Part shown: piece after piece, positions 1 to 8,585 of the stretch
Position numbering within the stretch: the first letter of the stretch is position 1
Layout: each line of letters opens with the position of its first letter
From: a virus
IMG/VR virus record: IMGVR_UViG_3300045999_009829
Reading direction: 5' to 3' (one strand)
DNA length: 64,000 bases
The notes under the pieces: model-generated
The model's database searches: none
Seen by the model: the letters and a program-made list of their open reading frames with translations, nothing else
What the model was told of the DNA's origin: nothing
Made by a program: the position numbers and the translations under genes

Positions 1-216
1 CAGTGATCCGGTGACCGTTGATCCGATCGTGGGCTGAAACAGCCTCTCTCCGATGTTGGTGAGGACCAGGTTCTTCACAGACTGCTTTACAGATTGGTCG
101 TTCCTCACCCGCATCAGGTCCTTGGTGACTGGATGCGGCGTTAGGTCATCAAAGAAGTCCGAGTATAGGTCCGGGACCTTCTGTATCTGTGTGTACCTGT
201 CGGCTCTAGTTGACAT
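1..216 (-). CDS. gp25: Baseplate wedge subunit gp25 (N-terminal part; runs off the window)
   Basis: Not in the ORF track. Manual translation from ATG 216: MSTRADRYTQIQKVPDLYSDFFDDLTPHPVTKDLMRVRNDQSVKQSVKNLVLTNIGERLFQPTIGS. The YSD..HP.T.D and VKQSVKNLVLT..GER.FQP.IGS motifs are gp25 signatures. Confidence 0.9.
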   Translation of the reverse strand, partial: MSTRADRYTQIQKVPDLYSDFFDDLTPHPVTKDLMRVRNDQSVKQSVKNLVLTNIGERLFQPTIGSTVTGSL

Positions 217-231
217 CTCTGATTATCCTAC

Positions 232-954
232 CTAGTCGTTCAGGCGAATCTGCGTGCCGTTGATGTAGACAACACCCTGGGCAGTAACTGTAATCGGACC
301 GCCTGCAGTTGTTATGGTGATGGAACTGCCCGCCTTAATCTCCACAGTATCTGATGCATCAATCTCCATGGTCCTGCACTTGACCTTGAACAGGCCTGTC
401 ATGTTGATCTCTGCATTCTTGCCCGTGACGAACCAGTCGTCGTTCAGCACGTCCGTCCTTGTGCCCTTCACGTCGGTCGAGCATGCGCCTTCAATCCCGG
501 TATTCATGTCGCCGCGGATAGCAGTCGTGCAAGATCCGTTGATGCTCTCGGTCTTGTCCCGCTCCGTGTGCACCTCTCTGACACCGCCCACGCCGTCAAC
601 TAGATCATCGCCCACTGCGGTGAACTTCTTGCCCGCCACGTTCTCATACGATGACTTGTCGATGTTCAGTGCGTAGGTGCCGCCGATCTTTATGTCTGCA
701 TGCGAGTCTATGGTCTGCGTAAACGTGCCCTTGAAGTAGTTGTAGACTTTCTCCACCACAGTTTGAACCCATCGACCAGATTTCTCTATCTCGACGTATG
801 TGCCAGTGGTGTGCGCTACCCTCAAGCTCTCGTTTCCGGGAGCGTCGTTGATGTGGAACTCGTGACCACTTCTGGTGATCGTCGCTTGGTTGTAGGGATA
901 CTCAGTCGAGAAAGTAGACTGTGGGTGTCTCCTGTTGGAGCCGCTGTCTGACAT
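232..954 (-). CDS. gp5 C-terminal beta-helix central spike, encoded as a separate gene
   Basis: YPYNQATITRSGHEFHINDAPGNESLRVAHTTGTYVEI resembles the T4 gp5 post-lysozyme region and is followed by 8-residue V/I-x-G beta-helix repeats. Confidence 0.85.
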   Translation of the reverse strand: MSDSGSNRRHPQSTFSTEYPYNQATITRSGHEFHINDAPGNESLRVAHTTGTYVEIEKSGRWVQTVVEKVYNYFKGTFTQTIDSHADIKIGGTYALNIDKSSYENVAGKKFTAVGDDLVDGVGGVREVHTERDKTESINGSCTTAIRGDMNTGIEGACSTDVKGTRTDVLNDDWFVTGKNAEINMTGLFKVKCRTMEIDASDTVEIKAGSSITITTAGGPITVTAQGVVYINGTQIRLND

Positions 955-955
955 G

Positions 956-2491
956 TCAAATGCTCCTGAACGCGTTTTCCATCTGAGCCCTTCTTATAGC
1001 TAGAACAGACTGAGCTTGTGTGAACCTCTGCATGGACTGCTGTATGGCTCCCGAGTTAGGGAGCACGGACACGGAGATGCTTGGGTTGAAGAGTCCAGTC
1101 AGGCTTGCATATATCTGCGGGACAAGTCTGGCTGCAGCCGCAAGAATCTGAACTGGGTTACCGCCGCCGATTACGCTACGGAGAGCCGATGCCTGCGCCA
1201 CTCCAGTTGCCTGACTCAGTATTGATTGTAGGTTGGTCGTATTTAGAGTTCCAGTTCGTATCGCGTTGAACAGGCTGGATCTGATGGCGCCGCTTACGTC
1301 AAAGCTAGCCTGCTGTTGGGCGCTCACGAAGTTCGGCTGCCCATTTCTAAGAGTGAAGGCAGGAGTGCCCGCACCAGTCGGGTCGTTCCATCTGATGTAT
1401 CCGGGGTATGGATCTCTAGCAAATGAGTGATACTCTTGGACATAGCCGGCCGGCGCCGTTAAGACTACAGACACGGGCCTAAAGGCTTCTGTTGGAGCCC
1501 TTGACCGGATCTCTTGCTGAGTCTGACCAAGTCTCCTGCGCAGCGTCTGCGGGGTGTTTGACCCACGCTGGATTGCAGTCTGGATGTTGGTGTACGAGCG
1601 AAGCAGCGCCCTGGTGCCGGTGTCGATGGAGTTTAGTGCAGCAGGTGCGCCGCAGATGCCCCCTGACTGCAGTGCATCAAATGCCGCTCTGAAGTTAGCG
1701 AGGGCAAACGCCGCTTGATCTAGTGCTCTCAGGACGCTGTTGACACCTAACTGCTCCATCAGATCAAGTATGGTCCTAGTTAGAGCATCGGCAACCACGT
1801 TGATGAAACCTGCGGCAATTGCGCCCAGATCTATGGATATGGTGAGTCTTGTCGCCGCACCCGGAAAGCACTGCAGCGCTGCTATCTGATTCTGCGGATC
1901 TACCTGATTCAGTATGGCGAGGATGTCTCCAGCCTGCGGATCGGCAGATGCAGTTGTCGGCGCCTCAGCGTATGTCATCCCCTCCTCTACGGCGGAAGTG
2001 ATCACGGCGCCCTCGGTGTTGTTGACCTCGTCGACGCTTATCTCACCGGAGTTAATCGAGGACACAAGGATCCTCTCTGGCGCTAGGGATGAGTACGGGT
2101 TGTTTGGACTGTTTACAGTAGCAGATGGAATGCTGCCGAATGCGGTATTGACCGCTGGGGCGCCGCCTTCAGTCTGACCTGAAACCGGTGCGCCTGCCCG
2201 ACCGACCGTCCCCATCACCAGCGGATACTGCTGGTCCCTATCGAGCCAGTGTCCGAATACTCTAGTCCCCACCACTATTCCAACTGGTGCAGTTCCTATT
2301 CTACCGATAGCAGCAGAAGTAACCGGCTGAATGACCTGGGCCCAGGGTAGATCCTCATCTGGAATGTTGATGACGTCGTCATGGCGACCGAACACACGAA
2401 CCTGGACTCTGCCAGACTCGTGTGGATCCATGACGTTGGCGACAATGCCGATCCAGGTGGTGGTGTTCTCTCCGAAGTTTCTCTCAGTCAT
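956..2491 (-). CDS. gp5: gp5 N-terminal OB-fold baseplate hub protein with a long unknown C-terminal domain
   Basis: WIGIVANVMDPHESGRVQVRVFGRH...LPWAQVIQP...GTRVFGHWLD...PLVMG is the Gp5_OB signature. Confidence 0.85.
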   Translation of the reverse strand: MTERNFGENTTTWIGIVANVMDPHESGRVQVRVFGRHDDVINIPDEDLPWAQVIQPVTSAAIGRIGTAPVGIVVGTRVFGHWLDRDQQYPLVMGTVGRAGAPVSGQTEGGAPAVNTAFGSIPSATVNSPNNPYSSLAPERILVSSINSGEISVDEVNNTEGAVITSAVEEGMTYAEAPTTASADPQAGDILAILNQVDPQNQIAALQCFPGAATRLTISIDLGAIAAGFINVVADALTRTILDLMEQLGVNSVLRALDQAAFALANFRAAFDALQSGGICGAPAALNSIDTGTRALLRSYTNIQTAIQRGSNTPQTLRRRLGQTQQEIRSRAPTEAFRPVSVVLTAPAGYVQEYHSFARDPYPGYIRWNDPTGAGTPAFTLRNGQPNFVSAQQQASFDVSGAIRSSLFNAIRTGTLNTTNLQSILSQATGVAQASALRSVIGGGNPVQILAAAARLVPQIYASLTGLFNPSISVSVLPNSGAIQQSMQRFTQAQSVLAIRRAQMENAFRSI

Positions 2492-3729
2492 TAAAGCGCC
2501 TCCTCATAGCGACCCTTGATTCCCTCGATGGAGCACGTGTATCTAGGCCTGTCAGTTGCCGTACCGATCCTGTGGTGTATCCTAGTGATCAGCACCTTAC
2601 CAGTGATCAAGGGATCTTCTGATGGAGCGTCGGTGAATGACTTGCGGTTAGGCAAGGTGCAATTGATCGTGGCTCCGGCGGTGAGCACCGTATCTCCTAT
2701 GACCTTGATCCTCAGCGAGTTCTGCATCAATAGCGCTATGAGCGCCTGAGTGTCGGGCGTAGCCTCTGGGATGAACGTCTCGGGCCTCTGCGAGATGTCT
2801 ACCGGGATCATCGACTGCGGTGGAGTATCTGAGGTAAAGTACTTGTTTTGGAATGCCCGACTGTCTAGCGATCCTGCACCGCCGACAGCAGCAAAGGTAG
2901 ACTCGCTTGTCTCGACATTCCTGGTCTCAAACTGCCACGTGGTAAAGTTGAACGTGACTATTCTTCTTGGACCGCCGTACGCGATTCGATCTGTGGAGCT
3001 GAACTGGTTTGGGATCCTGAACGCGATTATGTTGTCATCGCCCCTGGCAAAGATGGAGGTGTTGATGGCGTCGGACATCTGAAAGTCCTTGACCGTGGAT
3101 TCGCTAAAAAGCTTTTCAAGCGTCACAAAGTTGAACGTCTGCTGCTCGTTCCTTCTGTTCTCAAAGAACACATAGAAGGATGACCTCTGGTCCGCGGATA
3201 CGGATCTCTTCTTGATCATGCTTATGGCGTCGTACGGGTTCTTGTTTGGGACCAATATCTTCTGAGGCGCCCTGGTGGTCTCTATCTCTATGGGCTTAGA
3301 GCTGCGCAGGTAGTTGTAGTAAATGTCCTCCACCATCTCGGAGCAAAGCTGGTTGTAACTCTTCTGCACGAAGTTGGTCTTTGCATACATGGCTTCTTCA
3401 GACACGCACTTGAGAGTGTAAGTCTTGCCCTTCTGTGAGCCGACGCTCTCTAGCTCCGACAGCTCGTGGAGAGCAAACCTATACAGGGCATTCTGCGAAC
3501 CCATCACGTAGATCTCAAAGATGACTACCTCGTCGCCGACAAGTCTTGCTTGACCGAGCAAGTCGTTCATGTCCAGCACTCGTATGTCGCACACCATGCC
3601 GGGGGTGAACACGCTCTCGTATATTGACGCTCCCACAAACGATGACTTGAGGTCGATCGTACCCCTCTCGGAGGTGATCGTCAGTGTTACTATTTGTACA
3701 TCGCCGTTTCTGTAGTTGAGGTTTGTCAT
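2491..3729 (-). CDS. Baseplate hub protein (gp27-like)
   Basis: Lies between gp53 and gp5. Has IYESVF, YVFFEN...FNFVTLE and GDTVLTAG..I....P...SG.VLIT.IHH motifs of T4-like hub proteins. Confidence 0.7.
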   Translation of the reverse strand: MTNLNYRNGDVQIVTLTITSERGTIDLKSSFVGASIYESVFTPGMVCDIRVLDMNDLLGQARLVGDEVVIFEIYVMGSQNALYRFALHELSELESVGSQKGKTYTLKCVSEEAMYAKTNFVQKSYNQLCSEMVEDIYYNYLRSSKPIEIETTRAPQKILVPNKNPYDAISMIKKRSVSADQRSSFYVFFENRRNEQQTFNFVTLEKLFSESTVKDFQMSDAINTSIFARGDDNIIAFRIPNQFSSTDRIAYGGPRRIVTFNFTTWQFETRNVETSESTFAAVGGAGSLDSRAFQNKYFTSDTPPQSMIPVDISQRPETFIPEATPDTQALIALLMQNSLRIKVIGDTVLTAGATINCTLPNRKSFTDAPSEDPLITGKVLITRIHHRIGTATDRPRYTCSIEGIKGRYEEAL

Positions 3730-3730
3730 G

Positions 3731-4612
3731 CTACCTCAGTAGGTTCTTCAGTTCTCGAGCCACGCCAGGAGCAAACTCGCTCTTCAGGACAAGTATGGAC
3801 TTGTTTCGCTCGTTGACTTCGTTCTCGTGCTCGTACATGGTGACCGGGCTCCAGTACGGTAGCTCGACTGCAGGTATGTTGCTTATGACCACGTTGGCGG
3901 AGGTGAAGCCAGTGTTTGCAAGTGACTCTCTGCCCTTGATGTAGCTGGATCCTGATATACTACCGCCGGTGGCAGTGCCCGCTAGATTCTCTAGCATGAC
4001 AGTCGTGGTGTTGGCGAACGTGACCTGCCCCGTGCCTCTGTTGTTGCTGTCATACACTACATCAGCAACCTCACCACTGGTAAACCCTGCCCCGTTTGCA
4101 GTTGAGTATCTGGCGATGGAGTTAGTCTTTATGGTCCAGTCGACCTTTGTTCTGGTGTACTCTCTGGGGTTAGAGGTGACTACGCCGTTGATCGGCACGG
4201 GTTCGTAGAACCTGACCAGAGATGCATCCAGGCTGTTATATGTCGTGGACGATATGGTCGGACTCGAGTCAGAGTACCAGTTGTTCCTGTAGTACTTGAT
4301 CTTTGTCAGTGCGTTGGCCAGAGAGCCGTACTTCTTGACAATGAACTCCTCAAACGTAGTCTGGTCCAGATACCAGTCGTGGTATGGGTCTATCACCTTG
4401 TTTGACATGTAAAGTAGCCATGATAGGTACTGGTCGCTGTAGTACCTGTTGGCTATGATGTCCGGTCTCTCTCCCTGGGCTACGTCGTAGGGATAGTAAA
4501 ACACGGGATTGTTGTATACCGTATTCAGAAATGCCGTGCGCTGCGTGATGTCCCGCACTTCCGTATTGGCGTATCTGATACGCTGAAACTTGTCGAAGTA
4601 TCTCTCAGGCAT
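3731..4612 (-). CDS. gp53: Baseplate wedge subunit gp53
   Basis: YFDKF..I.Y, YDVAQGERPDIIANRYY...WL.YMSN..IDPY.DW (LysM-like) and C-terminal YEHE...NE..KSI..LK. Confidence 0.88.
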   Translation of the reverse strand: MPERYFDKFQRIRYANTEVRDITQRTAFLNTVYNNPVFYYPYDVAQGERPDIIANRYYSDQYLSWLLYMSNKVIDPYHDWYLDQTTFEEFIVKKYGSLANALTKIKYYRNNWYSDSSPTISSTTYNSLDASLVRFYEPVPINGVVTSNPREYTRTKVDWTIKTNSIARYSTANGAGFTSGEVADVVYDSNNRGTGQVTFANTTTVMLENLAGTATGGSISGSSYIKGRESLANTGFTSANVVISNIPAVELPYWSPVTMYEHENEVNERNKSILVLKSEFAPGVARELKNLLR

Positions 4613-4623
4613 CTACTACTTCC

Positions 4624-5550
4624 TTACGGCTCAAAAAAATTGCCGGCTATGGTGGCATTATTGAATATGCCTTGAGGGTTTCGAAGGAAATCAGCCTTGG
4701 TCCAGATCTCTATCTCTTGAACTCGGATGGTGAACTGGACTGCGGTCGGAGCACCTGTCCTGTTGAAGAATGACGGGCCGTTTGGCGTGTAGTTCACCGC
4801 AACTGATTCGACCACACACGGCTTGAATTCGTACATGTAGTTTGCAGTCTCTTGCGGCCTGAAGTTGATCGTGAGTATCTCCGGGTATGAAAAGATCACA
4901 CCGCCTGCGCCTAGAACTCCTGGAAGAGCGTGATACCTAAATGCCTTGATGATGTTGTTTACGGTGTCAGTTTCGTTCCTGTTCTTCGGCGCAAATTGCC
5001 AGCTGAACGTGTGTGCCCTAAACTCCGGTGACTTGAAGAGGACAACCTGAAACGGGTTTGCCGTTATACCAGTCAGAGCTGAAGCCGCGTTGCCTATGTT
5101 GGGACTCAATGCATTGGCTAGCCTTCGTATTGCAGATGCGGCTATTCCGGTCGCAACAGTTTCAGCTGATCTTAGGCCCTCTTGAAGATTTGCAGGAACG
5201 CCCTGTGACAGGCCCTCGACTACAGATCCAGCAACGGAACCAAGTTCAGTGCTCTTGTCATAGCTTACACTTGTCTGCTCGGTCAGATTGTCTGGAAGTG
5301 GCAGTGCAATCCTCATCACATCTCTATAGAATGGCTGCTGGTAGATAGAGCGCCTCTCGTACGAGCTGAAGCCCATGGTCATGTACGGCACTTCTACGCT
5401 ATCAGCATTCAATCTGCTAAATGATGTTCTGTTTAGGTCTTCTGGGAAAACAAGTCTAGTTGTTCCCCCAAACGGGGCACTGTATCCAACACCACCGTCT
5501 CTGAGGCGACGAAAGTCTGAAACAGCGCTTTCAATTAACTGTCGTACCAA
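4624..5550 (-). CDS. gp48: Baseplate tail-tube cap gp48
   Basis: I.LPLP, NPFQVVLFKSPEFR.H.F.WQFAPKN..E, FKPCVVESVAVNYTP, P.AVQFTI..QEIEI. Confidence 0.85.
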   Translation of the reverse strand: MVRQLIESAVSDFRRLRDGGVGYSAPFGGTTRLVFPEDLNRTSFSRLNADSVEVPYMTMGFSSYERRSIYQQPFYRDVMRIALPLPDNLTEQTSVSYDKSTELGSVAGSVVEGLSQGVPANLQEGLRSAETVATGIAASAIRRLANALSPNIGNAASALTGITANPFQVVLFKSPEFRAHTFSWQFAPKNRNETDTVNNIIKAFRYHALPGVLGAGGVIFSYPEILTINFRPQETANYMYEFKPCVVESVAVNYTPNGPSFFNRTGAPTAVQFTIRVQEIEIWTKADFLRNPQGIFNNATIAGNFFEP

Positions 5551-5563
5551 CTGACGCCTCTCT

Positions 5564-5591
5564 TATAAATATTCCGACCTCGCTATTTATA
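5564..5591. promoter_or_regulatory. Back-to-back T4-type late promoters: TATAAATA on + (5564-5571) and on - (5584-5591)
   Basis: Two perfect gp55 consensus boxes in inverted orientation between the divergent gp48 and gp4 genes. Confidence 0.8.
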
Positions 5592-5608
5592 TGTGTTCAT
5601 GAGACCCC

Positions 5609-6067
5609 ATGCCGAAATACAACCAGGGCTTCTTCAAGCCAAAGAACCCCGACAAGTACAGGGGCGATCCCTCTAACATCGTATACCGATCCGGATGGGA
5701 GCTCAGGCTCATGAGCTACTTTGACCTGCACTCAGATGTCCTCTGGTGGTCGTCCGAGGAGAGGATCATACCCTATCGCTCACCGGTCGACAACAGAGTC
5801 CACAGGTACTTTCCAGACTTCCTAGTCCACATGCGTACGAGGAAGGGCATCAACGAGACGGTGCTGGTCGAGGTGAAGCCAAAGGCGCAGACAGTCGAGC
5901 CAAAGAGACCAGAGAACCCAAGACAGTCTCGCAGGTACCTGACTGAGGTGATGACGTGGGGCGTGAACAAGGCCAAGTGGACAGCCGCCGAGGACTACTG
6001 CAAGGACCGAGGATGGAAGTTCATGATCATGACTGAGGATCAGATCTACGGTCGTGGTGATAAATAG
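5609..6067 (+). CDS. gp4: Head completion protein gp4 (TnsA-like nuclease fold)
   Basis: F.PKNP.KY.GD..NIVYRSGWE...W.SEE..IPY.SP.D..HRYFPDF...EVKP..QT...NKAKW.AA..YC..RGW.F...TE. Confidence 0.93.
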   Translation: MPKYNQGFFKPKNPDKYRGDPSNIVYRSGWELRLMSYFDLHSDVLWWSSEERIIPYRSPVDNRVHRYFPDFLVHMRTRKGINETVLVEVKPKAQTVEPKRPENPRQSRRYLTEVMTWGVNKAKWTAAEDYCKDRGWKFMIMTEDQIYGRGDK

Positions 6068-6088
6068 GGTGAAGAAGCGAGAGACACC

Positions 6089-6697
6089 TTGGCAAGTTAC
6101 ATCTTTCAGAAGATAGCTAAGACTGGCAAGGCTGATGGCATCGACCAATCAGTCCGTCAGAGGGATGCAAGAACCTGGTTCCGCAATCAGGCGGCTGCTG
6201 TCAAGTCAGTAAATCGCAACAAGCTCATGCAAGATCCGGACGACAACAACCTGGAGACCAGCATAGACGGTGGGTCGATCGGAAGCATGTACTCGTTCTT
6301 CTACGACCCAAAGAACAAAAAGACCCTGCCTTACTACGACATGTTTCCTCTGGTGTTCGTGATCGGTCCAAAGCCAGGTGGCTTCCTCGGCATGAACCTC
6401 CACTACCTGCCGCCGGTGCTCAGGGCAAAGCTCATGGACCAGCTCTATGGGATCACCAACAACAAGAAGTTCAACGACTCCACGAAGCTGGTTGTGAGCT
6501 ACGAGTTACTGTCCAAGGCATCAAGGTTCAGATACTTCGAGCCGTGCGTCAAGCACTACCTGCTCGATCACGTGCAGTCCAAGTTTCTCAGGATACAGCC
6601 CAACTTCTGGGACGTTGCCCTCATGCTGCCCACCGAAAAGTTTGCCAAGGCTGATGTCAATACGGTCTGGAATAGGTCTAGGAGCCAAGTAGTCTAA
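6089..6697 (+). CDS. gp2: DNA end protector protein gp2
   Basis: MY.FFYDPK.K..LPYYD.FPLV...GF.G.NLHYLPP..R...PCVKHYL..HV.S. Confidence 0.92.
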   Translation: MASYIFQKIAKTGKADGIDQSVRQRDARTWFRNQAAAVKSVNRNKLMQDPDDNNLETSIDGGSIGSMYSFFYDPKNKKTLPYYDMFPLVFVIGPKPGGFLGMNLHYLPPVLRAKLMDQLYGITNNKKFNDSTKLVVSYELLSKASRFRYFEPCVKHYLLDHVQSKFLRIQPNFWDVALMLPTEKFAKADVNTVWNRSRSQVV

Positions 6698-7329
6698 TGG
6701 CGTTCAACATTCAAGAGTTTTCCGATAACATCGGAAGGTACGGCACACTCCCCGTAAATAAGTTCAACGTCGAAGTACCAGTTCCAGGCGTACTAGCCGG
6801 CTCATACGGCGTTGAGGCGTCTCGTGTCATGACCATGAGAGCCGAAAGGGTTAACATCCCCGGGATAGTGTTTGACACATACGAGTCAAGAAGATACGGC
6901 GTAGGGCCCAGGATCAAGACGCCGACTGGAAAGAGTAGGTTCAACGAGGTCTCCATAGACTTCATCGACACGTCTGAGATGGCCATAGCAAAGTTTTTCT
7001 ATGACTGGATGTACAACATAGTCGACATCTCAGGATCGGGAGGCGCTGTTGTCAGAATACCCACTTTCATGACCGGGTACAAAGAAGATTACTGCGTCGA
7101 CATGGACATAAAGGTCTACAACAGCACCGGTACCGAATCTGGCGTTGGTGGAGAAGTAACTCCTATCTTGAGATTTGGCTTGGTCGAAGCCTTTCCCATA
7201 TCAATGGCTGATGCAGGTCTTGCATGGTCAAGGACCAACGAGCTGTTCAAGACCAGTGTCGTGTTTGCATATACGAATCACCAGCTCCTACAGGGATCCG
7301 GATCCTCACTGGCGATACAAAACACGTGA
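6697..7329 (+). CDS. gp54: Baseplate tail-tube initiator gp54 (tube-protein fold)
   Basis: N.F.V..P, RAERVNIPG, FF..W...IV, EAFPISM....L.W; lies between gp2 and gp26. Confidence 0.7.
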   Translation: MAFNIQEFSDNIGRYGTLPVNKFNVEVPVPGVLAGSYGVEASRVMTMRAERVNIPGIVFDTYESRRYGVGPRIKTPTGKSRFNEVSIDFIDTSEMAIAKFFYDWMYNIVDISGSGGAVVRIPTFMTGYKEDYCVDMDIKVYNSTGTESGVGGEVTPILRFGLVEAFPISMADAGLAWSRTNELFKTSVVFAYTNHQLLQGSGSSLAIQNT

Positions 7330-7368
7330 TTCAACTAACAACAACACAATGCGTTTGGAGATTAGATA

Positions 7369-8079
7369 ATGCCACTACCTAAAGTCAAGCACCCAATCTA
7401 CGAGTTCACGGTTCCGTCCACGGGCAAGAAGGAGTCGTTCAGACCCTTTCTCGTCAGGGAAGAGAAGATCCTGCTGATTGCAAAGTCGTCAGAGGATCCA
7501 GCAGACTCACTGCGAGCCGTGAAGCAGATAGTCAACAACTGCGCCATCAGTGAGGCGTTCGACGTGGACAAGCTGCCGATCTTTGACCTCGAGTACCTGT
7601 TCCTTCAGCTGAGAGCTGTGTCTGTAAGCAACATCGTCCAGGTATCTTATAGGGACAGCGAGGACAGGAAGGTATACGACTTCACTATCGACCTCAAGGA
7701 AGTCAAGGTCCAGTTTCCAGAGAATGTGGACCCTGTCATCAAGGTCACCGATTCCATGGGATTCGTGATGAGGTGGCCCGCTGCGTCCCTGCTGGACGAC
7801 AAGCAGTACTTCACCGCAGGCGACGAAGCCTACTACGAGCTGATCCTTCGCTGCGTCGACAAGATCTATGACGGGGATGACCTGTACAATCCTGCGGACT
7901 ACTCTCTCAAGGAGATTGAGGAGTTCCTGGATGACTGCGGCGTTGAGACCCTGGAGAAGATCCAAAACTTCATGGCTGCGGCGCCTCGTCTGCACCACAA
8001 ACTGACCTACACCAACTCTAGCGGCAATGAGAGAGTGATTGAACTTACGAGCCTAACTGATTTTTTTACGTTGCGCTGA
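7369..8079 (+). CDS. gp26: Baseplate hub assembly protein gp26
   Basis: MPLPK..HP.YE..VPSTGK...FRPFLVREEKILL.A...FDLEYLFLQLRA.SV, ending L.DFF. Confidence 0.93.
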   Translation: MPLPKVKHPIYEFTVPSTGKKESFRPFLVREEKILLIAKSSEDPADSLRAVKQIVNNCAISEAFDVDKLPIFDLEYLFLQLRAVSVSNIVQVSYRDSEDRKVYDFTIDLKEVKVQFPENVDPVIKVTDSMGFVMRWPAASLLDDKQYFTAGDEAYYELILRCVDKIYDGDDLYNPADYSLKEIEEFLDDCGVETLEKIQNFMAAAPRLHHKLTYTNSSGNERVIELTSLTDFFTLR

Positions 8080-8255
8080 ATCACAACACGCTAGAGAACT
8101 ACTACCTAACTCTCTTTGCCCTGATTCAGCACCATAAGTACTCAATTAAAGAAGTAGAGGGACTCATACCATTCGAGCGTGACGTCTTCGTCCAAATGCT
8201 TCTGCAATTCCTTAAAGAGCTAAAGGAGCAGAGGGAAAATGCAAACAAGCGCTGA
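8061..8255 (+). CDS. gp51: Baseplate hub assembly chaperone gp51-like ORF in the -1 frame of gp26, with no canonical start codon
   Basis: Manual translation: FFYVALNHNTLENYYLTLFALIQHHKYSIKEVEGLIPFERDVFVQMLLQFLKELKEQRENANKR*. LENYY...FAL.QHHKYS..E.E.LIP.ER is the gp51 signature. A TGA at 8058 closes the frame upstream. Confidence 0.85.
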   Translation, partial: FFYVALNHNTLENYYLTLFALIQHHKYSIKEVEGLIPFERDVFVQMLLQFLKELKEQRENANKR

Positions 8256-8583
8256 CACACAGAAACCAGAGGAACACTGGGTTAGGGCATACTGGAGACC
8301 AGCCATGGGCTGGCTCTACATGCTCATCTGCTTTATGGACTTTGTGATGTTTCCGCTACTTGCTATGTTCATTCCGATCATCATGAAGAGCTTTGGACTT
8401 GCTGACACAGCCTATGCCGCTTGGGAGAGCCTGTCTCTGTCCAACGGCGGCATCATTCACCTTGCGTTCGGTGCCATCCTCGGCGTCGCTGCATGGACTC
8501 GTGGGCAGGAGAAGATCAAGTCCATTGAGAACAATGACGACGATGATGACATGAGACGTCACCGTAGGGTTGAAAGAGACTAA
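8239..8583 (+). CDS. Holin-like membrane protein (3TM/GTA-holin-like)
   Basis: WRPAMGWLY, hydrophobic segments and GAILGVAAWTRGQEKI. Confidence 0.6.
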   Translation: MQTSADTQKPEEHWVRAYWRPAMGWLYMLICFMDFVMFPLLAMFIPIIMKSFGLADTAYAAWESLSLSNGGIIHLAFGAILGVAAWTRGQEKIKSIENNDDDDDMRRHRRVERD

Positions 8584-8585
8584 CT

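Noticed and set aside
5609-6067. TnsA-like transposase or mobile element
   Set aside because: Motifs and synteny identify T4 gp4; no other Tn7 genes or element ends are present.
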